DNA of 64,000 nucleotides from Lingula anatina (Eukaryota; Animalia; Brachiopoda), in contig CM120649.1 of the NCBI GenBank assembly GCA_051362555.1, positions 13,392,001 through 13,456,000 on the forward strand. The letters run 5' to 3'. The notes beneath the pieces are model-generated. The model ran no database searches. It saw nothing but the letters and a program-made list of their open reading frames with translations, and was not told where the DNA came from. Below, one piece after another: positions 26,901 to 40,760 of this stretch. The position numbers were made by a program, and so were the translations under genes. The first letter of the stretch is position 1, and each line of letters starts with the position of its first letter.

Positions 26901-27294
26901 ATTGTTAACAGAAACCAAACAGCGTATGGATGACAATGTTATTTCCATAGTAACCGAGCCAGGCCGTCCGTACAACCCGCAGCGACCCGGAGGGTAAGTA
27001 AGGGGAGATTCCGGCGGCACTGTATTTTGAATTTTTCAGTTTTGATGTTGTTTTACATAAAAAGGTGAAATATGCCAAAATGGCTATATCTTTCTATAAG
27101 CAATCTGTTAACGCAAGAGAATCTCTTTTGCTTTTGATTTAACAAATATACTACTCCACTTTTATCATCAGTTAGATAACTTACTACGAAATGTTTTCAC
27201 GCCCGACATAATTCGATTAAAGAGTTCACTTTATCGACGAAGGACTGAAAAAGGGAAAACTGCACACCAACTGAAAACAGCGGGAACGTGTGCT

Positions 27295-27339
<45 letters not shown>

Positions 27340-30032
27340 ATGTGTGAGAGAGAGAGAAAGAGAGAGAGTTAAAAACATTATCTCAGTCGAGTAGCATAAT
27401 AAATTACGAGTCACAAGCAAACGTACACTGTAATTTGACGGATAGTTTAATCTGGGAAGATAAAAGAAGCGGCCTTTTAGTACACGGATAGTTGAATCTG
27501 GGGAGAAAAAAAGGGCGGTCTTTAAGTACACCCGTAAAAATCACCTAACAATGAACAAAAAGGTGTTAGTACTTTTGTAAATCTTCGGTTCTTCCTATGA
27601 ACAATGAACGCAACAAGGCAAGAGTAGACACCACTGTAAGTGTAAATAATACTCATAAAAGAGTTTCCCAAATAACTCTCTGCTCCACAACAATTGTGCT
27701 GGAATGTACACAGACAATATAAAACCCAAGTCACAGTTCAGGGCATTGGGTTTCATGCCTTTTATGTATACATCAACGTGTAATTCAATCTTGTCGTGTA
27801 GCAATTCACACAGAATGTAATTTTGCCATAGTATTTGGCTAGGGATGACAGCTGAAATAAAATTCTTAAAATATATATGAGACAATACAATAATGGCGGA
27901 ACGAGAAGGCATTTGATCTTCAACTACAGTGTATTAACCCCCGACAAAATACAGTATAACGAAAGAAATGAAATTTAAAAACACATATTTTTCTATATTA
28001 AGGTAACTGTCTCCTCACCACATGAATTCGTCGCCAGACAATTTATTATCCTTGGCCCTTTTCTCTCCCTACCCCGCCCCCCCCCCCCCCCCCCGAAAAA
28101 ATCACATATCAGAACTGATGCTCGTCTGTGGGATGAATTTTGTATTGTGCTCACGTGTAGGGCGCGACATTAAGTGGCGCAACAATGGTTTTCCGAATTT
28201 TAAGTGGTTCGTGCTAATCTTTGAGAGATGTATGGTCTTCTGTAGAAACGCTTGATAGCAAAATATATTTTTTGTTGTATTTGTAGTTTTAACCTGGGAA
28301 CGGTGTATGCAAACTGACCAATACCATCTTGGGGGTTTGGCATGCTCATGTATGCAGGCGCATAATCGAGTGCTATAGTTTGTCACCACGGATTTTTATA
28401 AGGCAATGTGTAATTTTAACTGCATACTAGTCATGTGAATATGATAAATTAAATTTTTATTCAGCTGATAAAAGTAGGAAAAAAATAAAGTACAGAAAAA
28501 ATAAAGTACAGAAAAAATTAAGGTAAAGATGAATCACTGAATACAATCTTGTTATAATTTGTGTCATGGATTATGATACTACTAAACGTTGGACTAGACA
28601 ATATGAAAAAAAAAACAACTGATGGTTTCATCAGAGAAGACGCAGAGGTAAATGTAGTATATCAGTGCTGATTTAATTGAGGAACTGCTGAGAAAAATGA
28701 GAATATTTAAATTTCAAAACAGAGCAATTTATTTTAGCTTTGGAGGGGCTAATAAAAAAAGAAACACTCAGATCCAGTAAAATCTTGTCGACGGCTGGGG
28801 TTAAGGTGGTTTGATCGTTAAAAAAGCCCACATTGACTACCAAAGCGAACCTATGCCATTGGGATTTATGAACCCTTTAGAACGATGTGCCATCAAACAA
28901 GCATTATTTCGCCTCTTTACTGATAAGAGCTAAAGTAATCCTTTCTAAATAAAATACTGGCACCAACTTGTAGCACTTACTGTTGTGATTAAATAGACGA
29001 CAAAAATGGCGTCGATGGTTGTTTAGGTAAGGAAGATCTGTTTAAAATCGAAATTATAGTTTCAACCTCGAAATGTTTCTGTTACGCCATCAGCTCGAAT
29101 AAGCACATTCGAATTCACTCTGGTGTATTTCTGATGTGCCAGCAACATAGTCACAACCTGATCATGTTTATTTCCACATTATCTACACAAATAAGGAAAA
29201 AAATCCTAAAGCATCGAACCGTCTAAAAAACGTCAATTTCGTAGGCCTATTCAGGTGGTGGTGCGAAGTTGAATGTTTGCGTGTAACCGTACGAATCAAT
29301 TAGGCCTTTTTTGTATGTTATTGCGAAGGTAATCTTTCATTCATCTACACATGTAATCGCGCCTTTTATACGCCATACACACGTTGAACCTGTAATTGAA
29401 TTGTAATGCTAGAAATTTGAACAGCATTTCTTCTGATAGATTTATAGCCATCAAAAGCCACCAGTGCAGCCAATTATAAGAAAGCGGGGAACGGGGAAGG
29501 AAGATGGGGGTAAAATTATCCCCTACTGGATGATCATTGCAAATCATTGTAAGAAATGGCCGGGGGAGTGGGGAGGGGGGAGGGGAGAGGCCACAATACC
29601 CCTTGCTGATATTCCTAACCTCTATGAGTCTCGATCATCACTGACTTCTATCAGAGAACGAGGCTGACCGCTACACTCGATCTCAATTGAATATATACAT
29701 TTAAATTGAGTTATTTTATGGGACGATGTCGCCCTAAATAATTTCTGTTAAGGCAGTCTGTACCCTTAATTTCAGAGTGAATAAGAGAGATTAATAGACA
29801 TGCTGATATATTGTACTTGAGGTGAGTTTCCAGTGACCTTTGACACTCAGGGCAACCTCAGCAACACTAAAGGCGATATAATTCAAATAATGGTACTAAA
29901 TAATTAAAATGTACTAACTGTGACTAAATATATCGCTCTGTTACTGAGATGAATTATTTAACCAGTGATCTGTGATCGTGTTAGATAATCACTGTAGTGC
30001 AGTTGTTGTGGCAGAAAAATAGATCGCACGAA

Positions 30033-30189
30033 CAGGGGCGGATCCATAGCTATTTTCTGAAATGATCTTTCTCTCTTTTGAACCATCCTCTATTTTTGAC
30101 CGTCTTCCGAAAGAAAAAAAAAAATAGATACCCGTCAATGTAAATGAAAATCTGACCGTCTTCCATAAGACGGCCTCAATCCGCCCCTG
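30033..30189. mobile_element. Short hAT-like MITE with a 6-bp target duplication
   Basis: caggggcggat...atccgcccctg 11-bp perfect TIR; CACGAA flanks both sides (30027-30032 and 30190-30195). Confidence 0.7.
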
Positions 30190-30952
30190 CACGAATTTAA
30201 TCATATATTTGTCCCACTTCTATCCCACTCTTTTATCAAAATCGTTTGAGGACATATTTGCTGCAGGGACCGCGCGCCATAACAAAAATACCTCACAAAA
30301 GAATCAATAGAAATCAGATGAAAAGGGGTTAAAGGGGATTTGGGTGGAGTTGAAAAAATTCACCGGGGTTCTTTGTCGCTCAATTCACCCGAGTGCTGTT
30401 GAATGGGAAGCCGTAATTCGATACCGAGGGTTGGATCGGCCATGACGTGCTTGGTATGTACTCGGGAAGCAAAACATATTAAAAAGATAATAACGATACG
30501 AAATAAGGAAGATGAACCGATGACGGTCTTTGCCTAGAATGTTGCTTGCCCCCTCCAATTGCTTGACTCATTAGTTCATTCATTAGTTTATATTCATCTA
30601 TCCATCTGTTTAATTTTTTCATTAATTTAACCATTCATTCGCAGGTTTATAGGCTTGCTCATTTTTTCAAAATTCAGATATCTATCGATACAATTAGAAG
30701 TTTTTCCTATCGCATGTAAGTAAAGTGTAGAGCATCCTAAAAGTGATATTCCCTTTGGTTCTCCATGGTGAAGATTGGGGGGAATCTAAATCACGTGAGA
30801 GGTCACTGGTGACCACACCACCAATCACGATGTCCAGTGGCCCGATAAGGGTTAATCTAGGGTGTTTACGTCTGGGTGGAAATATTCGGTAGAAACCACC
30901 ACGTGATTCGAGATGCGACCAACATACTAGTGGCGAGGGGATAATCCTTTAA

Positions 30953-31983
30953 CCCTCAAGTGACCGAGTGGGGTCATTTACGACCCCAGCCATATGATTT
31001 AATGTGCCATCTCTTTATTTTTTATTTGAATTTTCTTTCCTTGCATGAGTTTGTCAGTCTACTAATCCTACACACTTTCACAGCTTTTTGTAGGGATCAA
31101 CCAATTAGTGTGGCGTATACATCACAAACTCTTCTGGGGTCATTTATGACCCCAAAGAGAAGCATTGGTTTTTACATATTATGTTTCTAAATTTTATTCA
31201 ATTTTTTTGCCCACGCAACACTGACAGGAAAATGTCACATGCATGTGCTTCATGTAACCAGCCAGCGTGCCCAAAACAAAGGCACAGATAAGTGGTTTGT
31301 GAAGATATGCTTGAAGTGTTACTAATAGTGCAGCGCTGAATCTTATTTCAGTAGCTTTGTTGTAACTTGTTCTCATGACTGGGTCTCTCATTTTTACGGT
31401 TACAATTTTCGGGTATTTCAGAATTCTAAAGAATTCTGTCGATATCATATTATACAAATTGTTTGTGTGGATTTTGTTTTACACACAGATTTGGTAGTAA
31501 CATATATATAGGTTGATTGAAAGTGTTCTGAGTAGTATGACTTCCTTACCAGCATTAGGGTATTCCCCACTCAGCAAGTCAGCTAATTATTCTTATTGAA
31601 GTTAGCAGGATGCTATCTCAACATAAATCAAAATATTTTTACTCAAAGTAATTTTGTAATGTATTTTTTTTCATTTAGTGTGGCAAATAAAAAGAGAAAT
31701 ATTTCTGCAAGTGTACACTGACAAGGACTGTCTAAATACCGGTGTAATGTTGTTCTTAAACTCTGTGCTTGCTTATTTCATGCATTAAAAGTATTATTAC
31801 CAAACATTTACTACATTAGATCATTATAAAATACTTGTCTTAAATCCTGGGAGTATTTTAGGTGTGATAAACCCTCAACAGCCTTTTAGTATAAGGATCC
31901 CTGTACAGAGCACAATGGGGTCATACATGTAGATGACCCCACTTGGTCATTTCAGTCATTAAAATAACTTGGTCTCTTGAGGG
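30953..31983. mobile_element. Non-autonomous piggyBac-type element (1031 bp)
   Basis: TTAA on both sides (30949-30952, 31984-31987); TIR ccctcaagtgaccgagt / acttggtctcttgaggg (15/17 match); subterminal ggggtca...gacccc palindromes near 30970, 31136 and 31917; no transposase ORF. Confidence 0.85.
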
Positions 31984-33146
31984 TTAATTGAGTCCTACTC
32001 TTAAATACATGTACCTACAGTGCATATCCACTCTAAGTCCAATATCACAAAGTCGACTTAACGTAGAAGAGTATCTGACTTGATCAGTCTAGGTTAAGGT
32101 CAAACTATTAGGCATTTTATGACACAGACCATTGGGCGAAGGGAGCTTGGCTACAACGTGCCTGTTTAAGTGCAGCCGATAAAAAAAAAAAAAAAAAAAA
32201 AAAAACTCAGGTAAATAAAGGAATACTTACCTCCTTGCTTGTCAAAATCGAATATCCTATCGGCTGTACTTTAACTTATAGAAGTTGGCTCCGTAGGTAA
32301 TAAATAAACACTTGTCCTTGCCCTACGATTATGATTCCGGTGGACGCCCTCACCGCATTTTAGACATCTATTTTCCTCAAAAATACGTTCTCTGACGTCA
32401 CCACATTAAGGCAAATATACATGCAAGTCTATGAAAAATGAATACAGCAGCTACTGATTCACAATGCCAAGAATACACACGCTTGATAGTCTCATCATCG
32501 TGCATTAAGCGTCATCGTGCGTTAAGCGTGCTTTACGACTCCGCCCTCTTTTGGTCGCGCCCGGTTTTTGCACGTGTCATTGCGTTTTCATACACCGGGT
32601 ACAATGCCCCTTACCTTAAACAACCATATAGCTATGTGTGATCCATCTTCCTTTGCCAACAATGTATTAGCGAGGGTCATGGGCATAATATGTTTGTATT
32701 GCTTATTTTAGCTTTGAACCAGTAGTTCGTGTACAAAAGTCGATGAAACGTTTTTGTCTGGGTGTTATATCCGCAGGTCGATTGGAAAAGGGGACATATT
32801 AAACCGAAGCCCCCTGCTTATACATGTACCAGTAGAACGAGCTTAGGGCCACTCTCACGAATATGTAACCGGATGAAAGGCTGCGATATTTACTGATGTA
32901 TGAATTAGGTGTTGACTATAAATTATTGTGAAATCTCGAAATTTGAAGGGAGTGAGGGGCGCCGAAAATCGTTCTCCCAGCGGTCGTAAGCCCGGTGTTA
33001 CAGGGGCGGAAATATTGCAGTTTGAAAATTAGGCGGCATGCCATTATGTTTTCAACTGAAATTGTACCGTTTTTTTATTTTTATTCTTTAAGCAATAACA
33101 ACATCCGATCATAAAATCGGAAGATAGAGCGCGCAAGAGAAACATA

Positions 33147-33212
<66 letters not shown>

Positions 33213-34882
33213 AGGGTATACTCGATATCAGATATCCAATTTAGCCAGGCTAGATATCAGTCGGCTCAATTACAAACTACAAATGCAGTTTTAAAGCTTT
33301 GAAAAACAAATCCAAAAGAAAAAACATCTGTTTGGTATTTCACGTCAGATCTGACACCGTCATCTGCTACTTGATATAATTTTCAAAATTTATACAAACG
33401 CGTTCAAACATCCTAAGGGTATGAACCTCAAAGATCATGCAGTGTTCTTTTCAATGACAGCAGTGACCCCAAACCACCGCTACCAGTCGCTTCCTCAAAT
33501 GCACCTAAGGGACAATAACAGGTGATTGAAAATGTCGTGATCGTTTGATATTCCTAAGTGTTGGATCGCACTTTTTTTGTTCGAGGGATGTGACCGTAAA
33601 GATATATATTTAACAACGCCCAAATGCAAACTCCAATGGGATATATAGTGAAATATTGCATCTTGTAATACGGAGCGCCTCAATGTAAGTTATACGGGAT
33701 AAAAAATAAAGGAAAAAGATGTTATATTTACTAGCGCTTGTTTACAATGGGAAATATTAACAAGTTAAATATTCACTCTATAACAGCAGTGCCTTACACA
33801 TACATTCACTTGTTTCTTTATTTATTCATTTAATTATTTATCATGAATGCATACAAACGCTCACAAAAATTTAGCTCAAATTCCGTCTCACGGGTTATCC
33901 TGGATAGTTTTATGATATCTCTATGTCCATACCTTGAAATGGTATGTGACCATGGCAATATAGGCCTACGTTTAATTCGGTTTTAGTTTTTTTTTGTGAA
34001 ATGCGAGTACTTTGTCTCGGCATGTATATCAAATAATACACTGGCACCCTCTCGCGATATATGCATTAATTATCACCCCTCGCTGACGCTTTTAGTGTTC
34101 TGGCGTAAATAGGGGTGATAGTGCATTACCCAATAGTATTTACCTCTAAGCCAGTGACTAAAGTGAATGGAAACTGTGCGTTAAGGGATTTCAGTGCTGC
34201 GACTGTCACTATTAGTGAATGAATGAATCAGCACAAATCAACAAAAGCATTCTCCACACGTAGTACATCATTGTTTACATAGATTCCGTTTATTCCATAC
34301 ATGACATGACATATAAATATAACAGAATTGATTAGTGGCACATTTATTTTCATTTTTCAATTATATATGTGAAAAGTTAGCAACTGCACGTACCGTGCAT
34401 GAAATGCTGAAATAAGTAATGCCAAACGAAGAATTTAGGGAAAAATAAAGCAGTGGCGTACGAAATAAATGAACATAGATACGTGATCACAGCATAGCCA
34501 AGCATATTTGTAAGGTATTGATTTGATTTTTTCACCTTATTATCGATCTAAAGGAAATACGCCGACTTTTTTAAGGCACCGTTATGACATTAATATGCTG
34601 CTCCATATCTGTCGAAGATTTGCGACTAAAAATATATATTCACACTAATTTCATTTGCGGTGTGCCCACCGGCGTCAAAATGTATACAACACATCACTCT
34701 GCTTTGTCTGGTATTACTAGGCACCAGAAGTGAATTTCCTTTAACTATATATGTCCGTCTACATGAAGTGTTCAGAAAAAGTCGCCCCCGTCAGTATCAA
34801 CTAACCCTGCTTCCCCGCTTGTCCAGTCTTATTTTTATCCCCTCCGCTGTTGTCTAGATTGCCACCTTTAGTCCACCCTCTG

Positions 34883-36091
34883 CTACACAACGTTGTGTGT
34901 CTGTAGGATTTCTGTCGAATCTTTCTGTTCCTTTTCGATCGTACTCGATTTAACCTTATTCGGGTTCTGCGAAGAAGCGACCATAGCCCTCTTCAGCATT
35001 CTGTGTCTACCCTCCTCGCTAACAAGAACCAGTTGGGCCTTACTTTTTCGTCGGTGTTCCCGTCTCTTTGAACGTCTTCTTGAATCAGCGTTAGCTGCAT
35101 GAGGTTCCTGGCTTGGTGACGTTCCTGTGGTCTCTTCTGGGGTCTTTGTGGATGCTGAAAAATGACAAATTCCATTAAAGAGCGAAATATCTATATGCTT
35201 ACTAGTATCTGTAAAAAAAATCTGTATCAGAAAGATGGGTAGACCTATTTTGAGACGATGCGCATGCGGTTAACTGTTTCTTTTTTCACTGCCTAGTGAA
35301 TAAACGACTTAGAGTTAATTCGAAAATAACGACGTGCCTCCTATAAAAATGGGCGAAATAATTGTGTTTTAAAACAATACATATTCACATAAAATTTAAA
35401 TATAAAACACTGTAACGTTTGTGACATCAAGAAAGAAAGACAGCGGAGACAGGAAATACCTTGGACTTCATAAGAAAGAGCCGACTTGTCCTTCCTTCGA
35501 AATACTGCCCGTACTAGCGAGTCCAGTTTAGTCCACACGTGTTCCGCTAATTCTTCATCGTAATCCTGGAGCTCTTCGTTCCCCTTCACATCCGTCAGTC
35601 CATCATTTATTATCGATATAAACATATTCAGGATAATGAGGTTCATGGTCATGGCAAACGTTGTAAAGAATATCCTGGCCATAGTGGTCTCTGCTGTAAT
35701 GACGTGATGGTACTTAAACACCCCCAGCATGACACCAAAGAGATTCAACATGGCGTTGGGAAGTGTCCGAAACGCGGCTATCACCGGACCTGACACCAAG
35801 GTCAGAGCCTGTGCATAGGAGAATAGTAAAATGCCGAAAATAAACATATATATGGTCACTGCAAAAAACGCTCGGGTCAGAGCAGACTGGACGATGGCAA
35901 GGTGCTTATTAAAGGTCAGTGGCCGAAATAACTGTAGAGTAGCCAGGAAAAGGTCGAGGGCGATGGTCACCGTGTAGGCGTTGTCCCAGATAGCAACCCG
36001 ATCAAAGCCAACGAAATGACCTGGAAATCACAACAGACACATCGGACACAATAAATATTTCAAAATTACTACTACTACTACTACGTGATTG

Positions 36092-36143
<52 letters not shown>

Positions 36144-36150
36144 GTGATTG

Positions 36151-36194
<44 letters not shown>

Positions 36195-39100
36195 GCGTGT
36201 GTGCTACCACTACTACTACTACTATTTTAAGCGTTTTGGTACAACGTTCATCCAATATTTTGCATACGAACAACAATCAAGCTCTTTGGTCTCTTATTTT
36301 GCTAATTATCGTTACCTTAACGGCACTTACCCCTGCTATTCTTCACATCTTCAACGGCCCGTATGGTGTACACAGTTCTGAGGACAAAGCACACCATGCT
36401 AGTGAACGCCAGGCAGAGATCCCCTAACACAATGTAGTGCCAACTCTGGCGAAAATACTGCTTCTTTAACTTGACCATCTTAACAACCTCTGTCCCCAAC
36501 AGTACGATGACCAACAGTGCCCAGATGACTTGGACGATGAGAAGGACGAAGTCAAAGGGTTCAACGTAAGGGTAAGGTCTGAAACTGACCAGCTCTTTCT
36601 TGATGAATATCCCTCCCATTGCCGGCAGTTCCACGATGATTCGGACCATGGAGAAAACGTTCACATTGGCGTTATTAACGGTAAGTTCCACAATCACCGC
36701 TCTGGACAAACGGTCAATCCAGTTGAGGTCTTTAAGACTGGTCAAAGTGTGAACGCTGTCCTGGGCCGAGTTAATCTCCACCATGTACCCGCCTCCGCCG
36801 TAGTGGTCAAGATGACCGCAGACGGTCAAATCATTTGGACCGGAAGGGGGAGAGTATACAAACGCTGGGTTTACTCGTGACGGGACGCTCGAGGTTGAAG
36901 TTACCCAACCTGGAAGTTACGTGTAACAACTCAAGAGCTTGTCTGAAATATTCTACTTAGATAGAGGCATCCTTTATTATTTACGAAGTTAAGAAAATAT
37001 TTCTGTTAATTAGATATTGTGCCTAACAATATGGCAATAAAGTGCTTTGTTTTCTCTGTGCTTCATAAGTGTGACAGCTTTGCTGCATGCGATTCTATTG
37101 TGGATATCATTAGTTAAAGAGATGGCCTTAAATTATGTAAGTACTCAAACTTACGGACCTGGGGCGGTATTCTCGAAGCTATCGAAAACGAATTTTTCAT
37201 CGAATCCTAATCGAATCCGAAAAATCGGTATTCTGGAAGCTATCGAAAATTTTTTCATCGAAATCGTTAACGAATTTTTCGATGAAAATTTCGACAGCCC
37301 CAGCGTTGTCGAAAGCTCATCGAAAGCTCGTCGAAACTAAATGCGCATGCGTGGTAGGTCATACTATGGGTACTATTCAGCACCGATGATATCATAACAA
37401 AGATAGCGATGGCTGCGTATCTTCTGCTACTCGGACGAGGAAGAAATGGAAGGAGAGTGGTGGCGCAGCGCCCTAGCGATCCTTTGGACTCATTGACTGA
37501 CGAGGAGGTTGTATCCAGGTATCGCCTGAACAAACGGGGGATCCAGAAACTGGTGCAGTTGATTGGAGGTGGCCTAGAGAGACCAACCAAGAGGTCAAAG
37601 GCACTGACACCGTTGCAGCAGGTTCTGACTGCCTTAAGGTTTTTTGCCACTGGGACCTTTCAGTCAGCAATCGGTGACCTGCACGGTATCAGTCAGCCGG
37701 CGGCTTCAAGGGCAATCTCTGCTGTGGCAGCTGCAATCGCTGCATCAGACGACCCTGAACTTGCTGTGTCTTTCCCACATGACCCAGTGGATGTGAGAAG
37801 AACACAGCAAGAGTTCTTCAGGGTCGCTGGGTTTCCCAGAGTTCTGGGATGCCTGGATGGAACCATGGTCCCCATACTGGCTCCCCATGATGATGAATAC
37901 TTGTACGTGTGTAGGAAGGGGTATCATGCCATTAATGTTCAGGCAGTGTGTGATGCCCGTCTCTTGTAAGTAGAACCTTTTTTATTCATATTTACAAAGA
38001 TCTACATTTAGAAAAAAACTTATATTAATATATTATACTAATATTAAAAGCCCAGACAATTTGATTTGTGATATTTTTTATATGATAAATATAGTAGAAA
38101 AACTGTAAATTTTGACCGATTTATGAAAGTTACTTGACATAGAAACTAAGTGTTGCTTTATTTTTCAGGTTTACTAATGTTGTGTGCCAGTTTCCAGGCA
38201 GCACACATGATTCATTTGTATGGAGGCAGTCTGGCCTGGGGCCTGCATTTGAGTCAGGGGACATGCCCTCTGGGTTTATCCTCGGAGATTCAGCCTATGT
38301 GTTGAGGCCTTGGCTGATGACACCAAAATTACATGTGGCATCAACTGCGGATGCTGCATACAATGCGGCACATATGAAGACGCGTAATCTCATTGAGCGT
38401 GCTTTTGGTGTTCTAAAGAGCCGCTTCAGGTGATTTTTTTAAAGTGTTAGTAATGTAATTTAGTTTTATGCATGTCTTTCTTTGTGTGTTATTTATTTCT
38501 CTATCTAAAAGTTAAAACATTTATTTTATCATTCCTAGTATTATTACTGTTATTATCAATCTGCCTTCAACAATATTGTAAAAGTTAACAATTAATTTAT
38601 TGTTCCTAGTATCATCATAGTTATTATCATCATATTTCATGTCATTTTTCACAAAAAAATAATAGATATAATCTGCCTTCAACAATACTTTATTTTACAA
38701 TGCTTTCAGGTGCCTTCACAAGTCAGGAGGGTGCCTGATGTATTCCCCAGAGGCCAGTGCCAACATCATCCTGGCATGTTGCAGGCTCCACAATTTTTGC
38801 ATCAGGGAAGGGATGCCTGATGTTGAGGTGGACGCGTGTGTCAACAACTGTCAAGATGTGCCTCTGGGAGAGTACCCAGCCGATGGGGTCCAGTGTCGTG
38901 AGCGACTCATTAATGAGCGCTTTGCTTAGAGGCAGTCCTCCTCTAAGCCGTTTTCCAATTACGGTGGGAGTTGGAAACAAATTGTCCTTTTCAGGACTAC
39001 CCACCAACAAACCTTCTCAGAAAAGCTATGCCAAAATTATTGAAATTTAATGATTTCTCACAATGAAACGTGCTGGTGATGAAAGCAGATACGTATTTGA

Positions 39101-40584
39101 CATCTGTTGTATAAATTACTTTTTAAATTGAGTGAAGGAGTGACATTTCTAACTTTCACATTACTTGATTTTATAAGTTTATTTCATTTTCTTTGAATAG
39201 CCTCATTTTTATCTTGTTGTATTATAAATTCTACTGAACAAATTTGGATTTAAGATTCAAATTGTTTATCATTATTATGATCTCTAAAAAATCTATTTCT
39301 CTTTTACCTATTTATGTTATAAACGCCAACATTTCATATTTCCAAGATTCTTTTTAATCAGTAAAATGGTCACTGGGATTTTTTATTTAATTTCAAAACC
39401 CTTTCATTTTGCAAGTTATTGCATAAAACAACTAGGAGCCATGCACATGTAAATAAATATTTATTCGCATTCATTCTAGCATTGTTTGCAAATTCATTTG
39501 GGCCACCTTTGCCTCCCATTTCATTTTCTTAAATTTAAACACCTCCTTCTTCAACTGTAACTTTTCTTCTTCTATTTCCACCAATCTTTTTAAACACAAC
39601 AGTTTCTCTGATTCAACATCTACCACTTTGTCCAGTCTGCAGTCCTCTGAAAAATGTAATACAAATCATTTTTTTTAAATCACCATTTGCTTATAGAACA
39701 CATTTCAATTAATGTGTACATCAATTTATGTGTGCTCCTATGGTTATTATTGAAGTTATATTTAAAAATTCTTACTTGTCTTCCTTGATGTTTTTCTTTG
39801 TGGTACTGTATCTAGGATTTCTGAAAAAATTAACAAAAACATAACATTTATTTTGGTAACAAAAATAACTTATGTTAAAAAATTAGTAATAAGATTGTTC
39901 TATGCATATAAAAAATAAGTCTTAAGATAACTGGTATTAATAGAATACCTTCTGGCTCTTCTCTTTGATGGCTTGTCTCATGTGTCCCTGGCACTATCAT
40001 GTCATATTCCCCTGAGTTGATGTCTGAAAAATGTAGTTTATCTCCAGAATAGACTTTTATTCAACTTCAGCATCTTACTTTGCCATTTAGAAACACTGCC
40101 AACATGCATAGTGATGGTATTAGTGTTAAAAGGTACTGTACGTATGTCTATAAAGGAGGAAAGAGTAGCTCAAATATTATTTTTAAAGATTACAGAATGT
40201 ATAATAATAAAACTTACTTTCATTCAAAAATTCCATTCGCCAATGTCTGTTGAGGGCATCATCCTCATCATCATCATTTGTAGAGATTGTTTGAGCTGTA
40301 AACATAAGATTGATATTTTTTTCACGTTTATTAATTATTATATGTGAATTTTTCATAAAAATGGTTGAATATAATGTAATACTAAAATAATAAAAATAAA
40401 AGATGAATGATAACTTTGGTATACTTGCCATTTTGACTCTGCTGGAAAGTGTCAATTCCTCCCTGAAAGCCACTAATCGCTGTCTCTCCTATAATTGACA
40501 CAACCTAAAACAAAAGTACAAATAAAAGTCATCAAACATTTTATATGTAATAAATGAAAACAATTTATATGTGTATGCATGTAA

Positions 40585-40672
<88 letters not shown>

Positions 40673-40729
40673 TTTGCGAACATTATTTTACCTTTTCTTG
40701 TAATGCGGTCAGTGTATGCATGTAAAAAA

Positions 40730-40760
<31 letters not shown>

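Noticed and set aside
32223-32232. ATACTTACCT, identical to the 5' end of U1 snRNA
   Set aside because: The match stops after 10 nt; it is simply the complement of a consensus splice donor.
24000-34800. Numerous 60-105 aa ORFs in the intergenic region
   Set aside because: No recognisable motifs, many have non-ATG starts, and several are microsatellite-derived or AT-rich chance ORFs.
37149-37158. Stronger-looking donor CC|GTAAGT 4 nt into the original PKD1L intron, which would place the transposon inside the exon
   Set aside because: It gives phase 2 and a premature stop in exon 36331-36909; only CAG|GTCCGT preserves the frame.
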